64,000 nucleotides of DNA from Haplodiscus bocki (GCA_965655095.1 OZ296651.1:35588001-35652000), one strand, 5' to 3'. Counted from the stretch's first letter, positions 52,270-64,000 are shown. The notes: generated by a model from the sequence alone, not told the origin. A program made the numbers and translations.

Positions 52270-55200
52270 TTATGGAAAGCCCATTTGAAACACAGGAGCA
52301 GCGCGGCGATTGCGCCCACTCCGGCGAGACTTCCCATGAGAAGATGGAGCAGCTAAGGCAGAAGCAAAACTCGGGTCCTCTACCAAAGACCGCCTTGGGG
52401 GACTAACAAGGGGACTTGACACCTCGAACCTCCGTGGCAACTTCACCGGAATACGGGTGATTTTCCTCTTCCTCTTACTGGAAGGCGAACTAATTTTACT
52501 TGGCCCAGGAGAACCAAGAACAGGCGGACAAACAGGCACGTATTCAACACGACCCTCTTCCACAACGTCCAATATTCTCACCCCTGGCCTTGATGTTGAC
52601 TCAACTCGGGGGGCGCTTCCATGATGCCAACGCTCACTCGTGTCCTTGGCAGAACGACGACGCAGAACTACCCGATCCCAACAGGAGCACATGTCAGCAA
52701 TCACCTGGCTTGAAGAAGCGGACGCAACAACATTCCACGGAGCATACACAGGACTTGACGTGATGCTATCAGCGATGGCAACAGATTCAGACAGCATAGT
52801 CAAGCCTGTCTCCAAAAAGAAATTTCTCTGGGTGAAGTGCGGGCTCCGAACAACGTCCTCCACGCAAAGCAAGACACCACGCACTTCCTCTTTCCCAATG
52901 GCGACACGATCCAAATTGATTGTGAACTCATCACTTTTTGCTGATGACCCAAGGATCACAAGAGCCGTCAACTGGAACACCTGAAATACAAAACTGCACG
53001 AAATGCTGAGACAACTTTCAGGGGCCAAAAGATACAACTTGATTGCCTACGATACATACTTTGTACAGGTGCCGACGAGCGCGGAAACCAGCCTGTCCGG
53101 AACAGAACGACAGGACGTCACCTACGTCAGGGCGGCTCCTCGTGGACGACCGCTCCAGCTGCCGCTGTTCTCGAACAAAAGACTGGTACTCAGCCCGGCA
53201 CGCCTCTACCTCGCTCCCCCTGATCCAGCCTCTCTCCAGCAGCCCATCCACAAGCTTATTGAAAAGCTGCAGCGGAGCAACGTCGTCCCCACCAACCACA
53301 ATTGCAGGGCAAAAACAGCTTAACCCCTGCCCGATGACTGAGCGTGAGGCAACGGTGGAAAGCACGCAACTCAAAAAGTCTTCCAGAAATCGACGTGCAT
53401 CACGGCGGAATTCTTTTTGTAGAAATTGGCTAGCAACTTTGCCCAACGCAGCCATTACACGAGTGCCCTCCAGAAAGTGCTCGTCATCAATCGAAGCAAA
53501 ACGGGAATGATTGGCAACAACGTACTTTTCCCATTGTTCAACAAGAGGCAAAGACGATGCCTTCTTTACTTTCTGCAGCAAGCAGTACACAAATCGCGCC
53601 AACTCTCCAAAGGCGTGGTAGCCCTGGTCTGCTGCAGTTGGAGGATGAACGAAATTATTGGCAACTGAAACAGAAACATGTGTTAGAGACAGGGCGACGA
53701 TTCAAAGCGCCCACCAAAGTATCCTTACCATGTTCAAACTTCCACCCAAAACAAACAAGGAATCCCCATGGAGCAACACTCGTGTGTTCCCGGAAGGGGG
53801 AGCCAGCACGATTTCCGCAACCAAGGCACCCCCTCCCAACTGGAACAGAGACAAAACAGTAGGAGTACTTACAGATTTCAAGAAGGAGATGCAACAGACG
53901 GAACTTCGTGCGAGCCATCTGGTCCATGTAAAAGTACCCGTCAATTCCCTTCCTCTGAAACACAACGCAATACAATGAAGACGGGTACGGAAAGGGCACC
54001 AACACAAAGAAAGAAGGAAGACCTTACCACAAGACTATCCCCATCGTCTTTGCGTCCCGTCTCCTTCAAGTAGGAGACAATCAGGGGCCAAACGCCGACA
54101 ATGTTGGCAACCACCTCGACCAAATGGGGCATACTCAAATCGTTGGTCAGTATGGCTCTCCTCAAAGCGGGCCGGGAGGACATCCAATCCCGCGTCTCAG
54201 CGCCCTTTAGCCGATTGACGATAAACTCAGTCATGGCCAGCCCGTCCAAACTCCCAAACACACTCGAGGAGGTTCGTTGCAAACAACGTCTAAAGAGCCG
54301 AAGATCAAAGACCGGGTAGTCAATCAGTTTTTGCCGATACCCACTGCCCAGGTATTCGCGAAAGGCCTCCAAAAGCACAGTCGAGCCACCGATGATCGAC
54401 ACGATCTCCACCTCAGACCCAAGTGCATCAACCACCCGCCCCAATGCAGTGATCTCCTGATGAGGATCGCTGCTGTAGCGATCCAGGGTGGCCACACAGA
54501 CTCTCCTGAAGGTGTCCACATCCCAAGTGCGTAGAAACACCCGCACCTTGTCACCATCCTCCTCGAACTCCACACTGCACATTCCGTGTGACTTTGCCCA
54601 GTTCATGCAACGCGAAAGGATCCTCGGGTACATCCCATTCAGGATGATGGACTGAAACGACAAAGAAAGGAATGCACATGGGCCACGTAGAACATTACGA
54701 GCAACTTATAACTACTAACCAAGACCTCGTCGCGTGACCACGTAACGTCAACGTTGACGCGTACGGCAGACAAAGTGAACTGCGCCCAGAGACGGTAGAC
54801 CAGCTCATAGCTTCCACCCAGACGCAGCACTTCAATGAGGGAGGAAACCTTGGCCATCACCCCCAAGTTCGGGTCCACAGCACCAGTCTCGTCAACGATG
54901 ACGTCTTCACAGAAAGGGTACTCCCTGTCTCTCACGACCAAAGGAGCCCCCATGATCCTCTCTCGCTGGCGCTCTACCTCGGAAGGACTCATGACATTTC
55001 CCTCATAGTCAAGCACTTCCCAGCCTGGCGTCTCCAAACGCAACCGTTGATCGCGCGGAAAGTGCTTGCTGCCCTGAAAGTGCCGCAAAATCTCGTGTTG
55101 GCCATGAGTCAATACAGATACGTCCTTGAGACAAATTCTGCTATAAAAATGACTGGGTTTTGTCGCTGCATCTGTAGGCCCAGTCACAAAGAATCGCCCA

Positions 55201-56625
55201 ACTTCACCAGTTCCCCAAGCTCGCTTCATCTTATAAGCCTTCCTCGAACGCAATCTCCGCCGTGGCTCGCCAGCATCACTTTCGTCACCACTCGTGTCAG
55301 TGGTATCGCCCAATCGAGGAACAACACGCGCTGGCCCCTGCTCCAACTGCTCCAACCGACTCAGAACATTATCTAATCCTGTGAACAGCAAGTCTGCATG
55401 AAAACGAGGACAAAAGAAATAATGAGCAAAATGCGATGCACTGAACTAAAGAAGGAAAGAAAACATTCTGTGCTGCTGAAGGGAATAATACTAACTCGAA
55501 ACAATTGGGTCCAGAATCTGCGCCCGCTCCTCAGCACAAACAGAACGGCACAAACTAACAAGCTGGTGACCTGTCGCATTGATGGGCGTGATAGCAGGAT
55601 CAACGGAAAAATTGTCTAAAACAAAACAATGGAAATGAGGAACCATTGTGGGACGCCACTTAGCACTTCCTCAACCTTCAATTGATACTAACCATCGTGG
55701 AAAGCCTGCTCCAGCAATGCCCGACTGTGGTCACGACCTGCGAAGTCAACTGAAGTTGACGTACACCGCGCCAAAGGTACCAGGCGACGCGAAATTCTGG
55801 CACTTCTTGACCTCCTCTGTCCCCGCACTTCAGCTTCTGTCGAAATGTCCCCCTCCCCAAAATCAGCTCCTGGGACTTCTACTGGACCTGAAAACAGAAC
55901 AGAGATGAGATTGACTAAATCTCCCCCACTACAAACACGTAGAATAATGCATACTTGACTCGAAATCCATGGGAGCATTTACTGTAGGGCCATGACCGTC
56001 CTCACCTGACGAGCGCCCAACCTCCACCTCTGCCCCGGAACAAACCCGAGAACAAGAACCACTAAACTCTGGCTGACCAGCAAGTTCACCAGATGAATCA
56101 AACACTGAAACAAAGAGCCCCATGATGCCTTCTTCATGAAGAGGCGCGCGCTGTTTACTAGCTTATGGGAAATATGAGTGGCCACCATATGAATCCAGCA
56201 AAACAAAGCTAATGAGATATGAAGAAAGAAGACTCACGTGTGGGCAAACGAGATGTGTCAACAACACCCTCTGCCAAAGTCTCTACAGCAAAATTCGCCC
56301 GTGCCAATGCATCAGCAAACGTCCAGCCTTCGGACTCTGCACCAACAGCTGCACTGACCCCACTCATGATGTCAACAAAACTGTCGTTGTCATCTGCCTC
56401 TCCTTCACGATAACCTACAGTGCTCTCCTCACCGGAAACAGCATTGCCAGACTCTCCAACATGATCTTCGTCCTCCTCCACGATCGCAGACTCTCCAGGC
56501 ACAACGCAAACACTTGGCATCAATCTCACAGTCGATGTCGTCTCGTCAATCGCCAACTCCCCCTCCGCTGGACTTGACCCGCCCTCAGTGAAGAGAGTGG
56601 CCCATCTATTCTCCGAACTTGACAT
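52270..56625 (-). CDS. Spliced antisense accessory gene, 9 exons, 1177 aa: acidic N-terminus, BED-like Zn finger, degenerate hAT-transposase-like body, basic Ser/Arg-rich tail
   Basis: Exons: 56625-56238, 56104-55955, 55887-55693, 55615-55496, 55378-54720, 54651-54028, 53954-53873, 53664-53060, 52980-52270. They total 3534 nt with no internal stop. All 8 introns (67-208 nt) are GT..AG with pyrimidine tracts and matching phases. Confidence 0.88.
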
Positions 56626-57052
56626 TCAGAAATTGGTGAAAGACGGGGCTAATCAGCTAATGAGCTAACAATTTACATGGTGGATTTACATATTTATTCA
56701 TAAATTTCTTAATTATTCATTTAAAGTCTGATTAATTTATCTGCCAGCAATGACGTCAGCATGCATTTTCAAGGATGCATTGAGGAATCATACTCAAGAA
56801 GTCCTTGAATTTAGAAACTCCATTTTGAGATTTGTTTACATCTCATCAACTTGAATGGCACTCTTAACTCTCTACTTTCATTGACGCGGAGCAGCGGCGC
56901 GGGAACATCAAATGAAATCCCGCTTCAGAAAAGTGGACGACTATCATCAGCAATACTCATCACTCTACCAATTTTTATTCATCGCAACCAGTTGCTTCAA
57001 TTATACTTATTAAACCTATTTTTCTTCAACTCATAATCCGATCAGCATCACA
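56626..57052. promoter_or_regulatory. Putative internal bidirectional promoter
   Basis: 427-bp AT-rich gap between divergent ATGs. Contains TGACGTCA (56751), GGCGCGGGAA (56896) and TAAATCCACC on - (56679-56688); all three also occur in the LTR. Confidence 0.55.
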
Positions 57053-57781
57053 ATGTCACTCAATTCATCAGTAAACTCCACGGACTCTGACGTATTTTAT
57101 GTTGAGCAACTATCAGACGAGCCCAGTCCGCGCAGAAATAACACGCCGGACATACTCAACTCGACAGCGCGAACAGACCATCAAGCGATGAGGATGCCAT
57201 CATTCTCCACGATCGCATCCCCTCAGCCTCATTTCGTGACGATCGATGATGATTCCAACCAGATTACAATGGCTTATGGGTTTGGGCAGCAGCACCCGAT
57301 CGTTCCCCCCAGCCTGAATGATTTAAACCTGCCACCCAATCCCTTTAGTATATTAGCGACGATGGCCATAGCTAACAATACGGAACATGACAACGAACAC
57401 TACAGCCCGGAGTCACCGGACCCGTCACTACCATCATCCATATCGTCGCCCCCAATGAGCGTCAGTGCATTCCACAGTTTCGAAACGACGCACAGTACAA
57501 CGGACGACAACAACTTTTATTATTCGTCCGACAACGATCCAAGAAGGATATACTGGGAGACGTCTCTTAACGAAACCTTCGAGTCAAATGAGCCCAGAAG
57601 AGTGTATCCTATCGAAAGCCCTCCATCCACACCGCCGCCGCCGCCCCGAAAACTGAAGAGAAAGTTGAGCCTGGGAATGTCCTTTCCAAAAGAGGGGGGA
57701 GTGTCGCAGCACACCTGCGAAGCCTGCGGGCAGATAATCCCAGCAGCAAAGGACACCCCAGGCCCAACAAACAGAATCTAG
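57053..57781 (+). CDS. Accessory 242-aa Ser/Pro/Asp-rich protein overlapping the PPT and the first 80 bp of the 3' LTR
   Basis: Intact ATG-to-TAG ORF of low complexity. Contains PPPPRKLKRK (NLS-like) and a terminal HTCEACG. No signal peptide or TM segment. Confidence 0.75.
   Translation: MSLNSSVNSTDSDVFYVEQLSDEPSPRRNNTPDILNSTARTDHQAMRMPSFSTIASPQPHFVTIDDDSNQITMAYGFGQQHPIVPPSLNDLNLPPNPFSILATMAIANNTEHDNEHYSPESPDPSLPSSISSPPMSVSAFHSFETTHSTTDDNNFYYSSDNDPRRIYWETSLNETFESNEPRRVYPIESPPSTPPPPPRKLKRKLSLGMSFPKEGGVSQHTCEACGQIIPAAKDTPGPTNRI
57688..57701 (+). other. Polypurine tract AAAAGAGGGGGGAG
   Basis: All-purine run directly abutting the TG of the 3' LTR. Confidence 0.92.
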
Positions 57782-59439
57782 GATTCTGAAGAAATCGAAT
57801 ATACTTTTAAACTAATGACTTTCCTTCATAAATAATGTATTTTTAACCGTATGTATATATATAAGTACGTAGACACTACGTACCCCCACTAGCGCATAAT
57901 AACATGAATGGTATACGTGGATGGCACGTAGCAACTACGTGCCACCTAACGCTATCCCATTCATGAAAAGAGCACGTACCCTGTACGTGGAATTCTGGTG
58001 AATTGATCCTTATTGGGACGGAATAGATACGGAGCAAATGAATATTCATTGTATTTTATATTTATATTAGGTGCTATTTTATATAATTAATCAAACTAAT
58101 TATTATATAAATCCACCTTTCTAAATTGACTAGTGCAGTATGTGATCTATTTAAATTGACAGCTTGTCGAGTTTCAATAGCTTGACTATTAAGAACAGAG
58201 CTTGACTTTAAAAGTGAATATTTGTTCCGTATGTGTTCCGTCGTAACTAATCTGGTGACGTCACTAGAATTCTTAACCAATCAGATGTGCTATTAGGCTG
58301 CGCAACTTTGGTCGGCCACGTGTCGTCTACGTGCCACCGGATTCATTTCTCCTCAGTTGTACTGCGGAAGGTAGTGCTACAAGCGGCGCGTAGCCGCCAC
58401 GTGCCACCACGGCCAAATTGAGCCGTAGCCTTGTAGAAACGTGGAACGGGCTAGGATTTACGCTTAGTTTGTCCCAGAAAAAGAATTTAACCGATGCAAC
58501 ATGTAACCATGAAGATTTTCAGTTTTAGTACATATTTATTTCATACATTTCCATTTATTTTCAAGCGCATTTTTAAGTATTCTCCAATTATGGAAATTGC
58601 TTTGATCTTTACTTTATGTCGATATTTATGTGTCGGCGCGGGAATAACCACTTTGATGTCCATTTCCGACGGATCGGACCGTACTCTTTTCTGTCGAAAG
58701 ATGGAAAGGACGCGGTCCGTGAGGGAAGAAATGGATGGAAGGGTGTTTATTTCCCGCCAGAGTCGGCATCTTTTTCTTTGATATATAATATGATTAAAGT
58801 ACTTTTCCCTATTGGTACCTTGACCTGGCGTGCAAACAATTATGTTTCCCGCCAAGGAAAGGTATAAATAGGAGAAATGAAAGTACAATTATTATTATTT
58901 AAATTGCCGCCTTACCGTACTGTACATTTATTAACCTTTGACTATTGGATTGAAAAGACTTCTCCCTCATATTAAAAGAGGATAATAATCTGACCAACAA
59001 TACAAATAGAAAATTCAGTCTTGACCGCTGAAAAGGTTTTCCCCAAGCGAAATGGCAACATTGAGAAATAAAAGAAAGTTAGCAGCAGTTTCAAGAGAAA
59101 GACCTGAAAGTACTAGAAGTGGGAGAGCACCGAACATTCTAGACCCAGAATTAACTCAGGATTACATCTCTCAAGTCTCCGAAGAGATTGAAGGTAGAGT
59201 TACTAAAAAACTCTCAAAAGAATTCAGTAAAACAGAATCACGGATCTTGGGAGCCTTGTCGAAACTTGACGAGTTTCTCTTGAACCCAAAAGTTCGGACT
59301 TGTTCCGTAGTTGCCCCAGGAACCTCTAGGAGCAACAATCTAGAAAACCAGGGAACCAATGGGGATCGTCCCTCAGACGATCCTGGGCCTGAAGTGGAGT
59401 TTTCTTCCCCCATCCCAGGGGCAGAAACAAATCCTCACA
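57702..59439 (+). repeat. 3' LTR (1738 bp), includes an intact gag N-terminal ORF (59052-59456)
   Basis: Direct repeat of the 5' LTR, followed by TSD ACCAT. Confidence 0.97.
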
Positions 59440-60756
59440 ACCATATTGTGTTATAAAATTGCTTTTATAACAGGGGAACAGGAAACAATATGAAGTAGTG
59501 GAATTTACACCTTTATGGGTTTTTTTTGGCTATAGAATTTGCATTACCATCTTATTGACAATATTTGCTTCATACATATAGAACGTACACGTAGTTTTGA
59601 GGATATGCAGAGAACTCAATGTTTCCCTCATGCGGACATCGGTTGGATTGCTAGGGGCTGATTTCTCCGAAATTGACATTAGGATTCTGTTTCCATAATT
59701 TAGCGGCTTTCTTTTTCTAAGATATAGGCGACGTCACCGGCGGCTCTTGGCAAAAAACGGCCCATCTTCAATTTTTATTCCAAAAGTGTGCTATTAAATG
59801 AAATGTGCGCGGCAAATCTTAGAATGATAGCGGCGGCATGGGTTGAAAGTATGTGGGATCTTGTAAAAATACTGGCGCTTCACAGAAAAAACTTGACCTA
59901 GCCAGTTATCTTCCGAAAATACTCTTTTTTACTTTGTTTTACTTATCTTATTGATTTTTTTGTCAGATTCATCAGTTGACTACAAAAACTGTACTGAATG
60001 AATTCATCTTCTCTGGAAGTGATGCATGAAAAATCATGGAAACAACGTAAAATGATATCCAGTATTCCAGTCTACACTATATCTTTGATCGAACTTTTGG
60101 TAACATTCATTCTGTTGATAGATTTACAGAAATCATCGAAATCATAAGGAAGAATAGCATAATCTAAAGCGTACATGACATTGCCAAGAAACCACAACTG
60201 AGGGTCAGATATCTCCTGAAAATATTGCATGACTTTGGTGCTGGTTTCACTAGATTTGATTTCTGGAAGTCTTTCGGGGTTTCTGAACAGCTCTGGATAC
60301 TTCGGCAATACTTGCTGAAGGTGTTCCGCAAGGTTCTCAAAAAGCACCACATCATTCCATACAGCCGAGCATGAGAAACACCTGTCCTGGACCACAGATT
60401 GCCAGTGCCACCACGTCCAGATTGGGGTATTAATCTGAAATAAAACTGATGACTTTGAATAATCAATCAGATCTCTCTAGCTTTTCTTTTTGGTTCTAAC
60501 AAAATTTCAAGCTATCAGGGATGCAAATCATTCAGAATATATTCTGCGTATCTCCTATCTGATTAGGAAGCTTATAGTTAACGAACTCGTTGGAAGTGAA
60601 CCCACACTTGATTTAAGTTATATATTTAGCTATGTTTATTGTTGAAATACTTGGTAAAAATTCAAAGCAAGTTTTCGCCAATATCGAAATTTCCGTTAAT
60701 GCTGCTCAAAAAATTCCGCTTACATTTTGTTTGGCAACTTTTTAAAAAAAATTACC

Positions 60757-62384
60757 TGTCACAGCGCATCTGCGAAGCCTGCGGGCAAGCAATACCAAAA
60801 GAACGGACATCCCCTGACTCTCAAAAAACTAATATTCCCCATTTTATCAAACAACTCACTCATCTTTATGTTTTATTTGCATGTAAAAAGTTCCATAAAA
60901 AATGGATCACTTCAATGAACTGATCTAGACTAGGACGGAACTCTTATGCAGAAAAATGTAATCACCTAGTAGTTTATTATAGCCTAAAAGGTGCCATATT
61001 TAAAACCACTTTTTCACTTAAAATAATATAAATCCACCTTCCTAATTGTACAGGAAAAACCTGGTGTAAAATTATTTGAAATTGATCCTGTCAATGAAGT
61101 GAAACAGTGCTACTGCAATTAAACTTGCAAGACTCTAGGAGTGAGCAGTTGTCCCGTACGTGTTACGTCGTTACTACTCTGGTAATCTGGTAACATCAGA
61201 GTCACTCCGACTAATATGAAAGTGCTAGCTTGCCTTGCTAAGAAAGCTGAAGACGGATCAACTCCGTATTCCTTCCGTCACGAGGCATAGCCAATATACT
61301 TAACTTAGTGCTACAAGCAAACGTGGAACTGTTCTGGAACATTTTAGCTGAAATGAAGAACATTTTGAAAAAGTTCATAGTTTCTACCTAGTTTTAACCA
61401 TAACCTTCCAGTAAGTGACCATAAATTTCTTTTGGTTTCAACATGATTTAGTTGTGACCATTCTTTATTATTATTTTCTTTGTAATCTCAAAACTTATAT
61501 TGTGATTTATTTTTGCCTTCTGGGGGATTCGTAAAATTTCTTTGTTTTCTCCGCAATGGCCTTCAATTGACTATTTTTGTTAGCAATTAACGTTGCAGCG
61601 CAAGAATATGAACTTTAATGTTCATTTCCGACGGAATAGGTCCGTTCATTTTCTGTCGAGAGATTGAAAAGGCTCGACCCGTGAAAAAATTGGATGGAAA
61701 GGTAATTAATTCCCGCTAGAGTTGGCATTTTCTGCCTTGTGAAATTTATGATGAAAGTACGCTTCCTCGTTTTGTACCATGACTTGTAGTGTAACCGTAT
61801 ATCTTTCCCACCAAAGAAAATGTATGAATAGGAGAAACGGAAGTACTAACTTTCACGTATCATTGTAACCCTTGACAGTATTCCGTGACTGACGACTTCA
61901 AGCAGTGCAACCTTCCGAGTTGTTTTACATGTTAAAAACTCTCATGCAGTCATTAAAACTGCCCAATTTTTTCCCGTGGAATGGCAACACGGAGGAAGAA
62001 GAGAAAAGTAGCAGCTAAGAAAACTTCAAGAAAAACAACTTAGAAACCACTTGTCACGAGATACAACCGCTTCTAGAGTCCATGAAGACTATATTATTCA
62101 GATGCAAGGGGAGGTAAAAGGGACAGTGTCAAACAATTTATCTCAAGTGTATATTAGGACAAAAGGTTGAATTTTGGGCGCTCTGTCGAAATTACATGGA
62201 TTCCTTTTGAACACAGAGGGCCAAGTGCAACCCGGAACCGTTTCGGGAACATCCCAGAACTCCAATGGAAAAATTCAGGAACTCAGTGAGAACCGTTCTC
62301 AGATCGACTATCCTCCTTAAGTCGTTAACTCCGTTAATTGGGCCCCTCAGTCTATGAATTCGGACCCACATGAGGTTTGTTACA
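60757..62384 (+). mobile_element. Old solo LTR of the same superfamily, TSD TTACC/CTACC
   Basis: Starts TGTCACAGCGCATCTGCGAAGCCTGCGGGCA (frame reads SQRICEACGQ). Gag start ATGGCAACACGGAGGAAGAAGAGAAAA at 61981. Ends GTTACA. Confidence 0.8.
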
Positions 62385-63673
62385 CTACCATGTGGCTTTG
62401 CACAGTCCAAAAGCCCTGAATTTTGGAACAGTCAACTTGTAAAAAGAAGTTGGAAAATATGGAACTTTTCACACGTGAGATAACATTGAATCAGTTTAAA
62501 GACAAACCGACTGGTTGGTTGGAAAAGTTGCCAGGCCGAACTCTAGTTTTTAACATCTGTAATTCCTTCTTTCTATAACAAAAAACAGGAACCATTGAGT
62601 TTCGAGAGTGCTGTTGTAATCTGAAGATGTCCTGCAATCAACATTAAAAAAGAAAAGCTGAGTAGCCTTCTATTAAATACTGGTTCCCGGTTTTGAGATG
62701 TTTACTCTGATTGGAATGCCAAAATCAGTAAGACAACTGTTAACGTTATATTTTTGAAAATAAAAATCAGTTTTCTTTTTTTTAAAATGCTTCAGGTGGC
62801 TATCATCGGCCTAATTTTTCTCTTCTATATTTGCTAAAGTTACTTTTCAGAAGGCTGAAGGTGTTTTTTTTTCAAAAAAATCATTTTCATTAAATTTGGA
62901 CATTTTTTCCTAAAACCAAAATTCTTGTGATTTCCGCTAAAGATCCTCAACTCAGGTGAAAAAGAGGTTTATTCGAAACAAATTCTGTAGACACCTCTTC
63001 TACAGCAAGTTTGTTACCTTCAAAGCTTTTCAAGGCACCAGTTTCTTCTGTTCGATAAATACCCTTCTTTTTCAGAAAGAAAAACATTTTTCTTGCATTA
63101 TGAGCAGCCCATTTTTTTCAGTCGCATTCTACAGGATATATGCCTTGATTTTGTGACAAAAAGTTTCAAAAACAGAACAATGGGACCATTGGCAAAGAGC
63201 GTTAAAGAACGTTCCCTGTGAGTGGATGGTTCTCCTCCCATTTTAGAAACAAGGCAGAAAAAATAAGGTAAATTTAGATGAGCTCTATGCATGGGCTAAT
63301 GGATCAGTGCTTCCTACCTCCCAAAAAGTATGAGAGTTCTGAAGATCCAAGTTTTTGAAAAAGGAAATAATTGAAGTCCAGTTTGCATTACGTAACACGT
63401 GGACAAATTCACACGCGAGCAAGAAGGGAATAAAATTTTTTTCTTGAACTTGAGTCTACGGTTTAACCGCTATTTACACTGAAAACTTCGCAATGGAAGA
63501 ACACTCCGAAAAAGTGTCTGTGCCATCTGGAAGGCTGACGCCTTCCCAACGATGAAATTAGAATTTTTATTTTCTTTTCCGAAAAACGGTTTGAGACTTG
63601 AAAGTTGATTTTTTTTTCAAAAAAATTCAGTCAAAAACAAAATAGAGTACTAAAAACGAAACAATAGGTAACA

Positions 63674-64000
63674 TATCGCTTACGCCTGCAGGAAATCTAG
63701 CACTGGTACTTGCCATTATGGGCAAAGTAGACGGATGAGCCTGCGTCATCCTTTTTATCAGTCGAAACAAATCATCTAGCTGCTCAACTAAAAGGGCAAT
63801 GTAAATCATAATTTGCTCATCTACAGCTTCTCGCATTAAAAAATGATGTCTGCACTCGGAGTCGGAATTGTTCCTGTGTGCATCTTGGAAGTTGGCATGC
63901 TCAGAATTGGTGATCTCTGTCATATTTCTATGTGTATAGGTTGCTTAGCGTTTACGTTATCTCCTCTGTGTTGTGAAAAATGGCGTGCAAGTTTTGAACA
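63674..64000 (-). mobile_element. Possible LTR 3' portion with a gag-like N-terminal ORF (runs off the window)
   Basis: The 63627-63923 peptide (EAVDEQIMIYIALLVEQLDDLFRLIK) weakly resembles the 43602 LTR-borne ORF (QIKAATDPLTRQLQRL). The boundary is uncertain. Confidence 0.3.

Larger units (their letters stand above)
43966..59439 (+). mobile_element. Giant (15,474 bp) near-intact Ty3/Gypsy LTR retrotransposon with two accessory genes
   Basis: LTRs at 43966-45705 and 57702-59439 (TG...CA, ~98.5% identical by manual count). TSD ACCAC/ACCAT. PBS and PPT present. Domain order gag, PR-RT-RH-IN. Confidence 0.97.

Noticed and set aside
52500-56577. Plus-strand ORFs over the accessory region
   Set aside because: They are shadows of the GC-richer minus-strand exons and show no coherent protein features.
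57053-57781. env gene
   Set aside because: No signal peptide, fusion peptide or transmembrane anchor; the sequence is hydrophilic and low in complexity.

Overview
This is eukaryotic (probably invertebrate) AT-rich genomic DNA made almost entirely of transposable elements. No host gene could be supported. From left to right it holds: (1) a decayed Polinton/Maverick-like element (~1.6-16.5 kb) with capsid-like, packaging-ATPase and pPolB remnants and an ~800-bp foldback; (2) a solo LTR nested in a related solo LTR (19.6-23.2 kb); (3) a full-length but disabled RTE LINE (29029-32124) whose first base is the predicted cleavage site of an HDV-like ribozyme; (4) a tandem-repeat element; (5) a decayed 5.7-kb Gypsy; (6) further solo LTRs; and (7) a near-intact 15.5-kb Ty3/Gypsy element (43966-59439). 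The 15.5-kb element is the main candidate novel system. Gag starts 129 codons inside the LTR, and Pol follows a T-TTA-AAC -1 frameshift site. Antisense to gag-pol lies an intact 9-exon/8-intron gene (1177 aa as spliced by hand) with a BED-like zinc finger and degenerate hAT-transposase-like motifs. A divergent sense ORF runs through the PPT into U3. All family assignments come from motif recognition by eye; no database searches were run.
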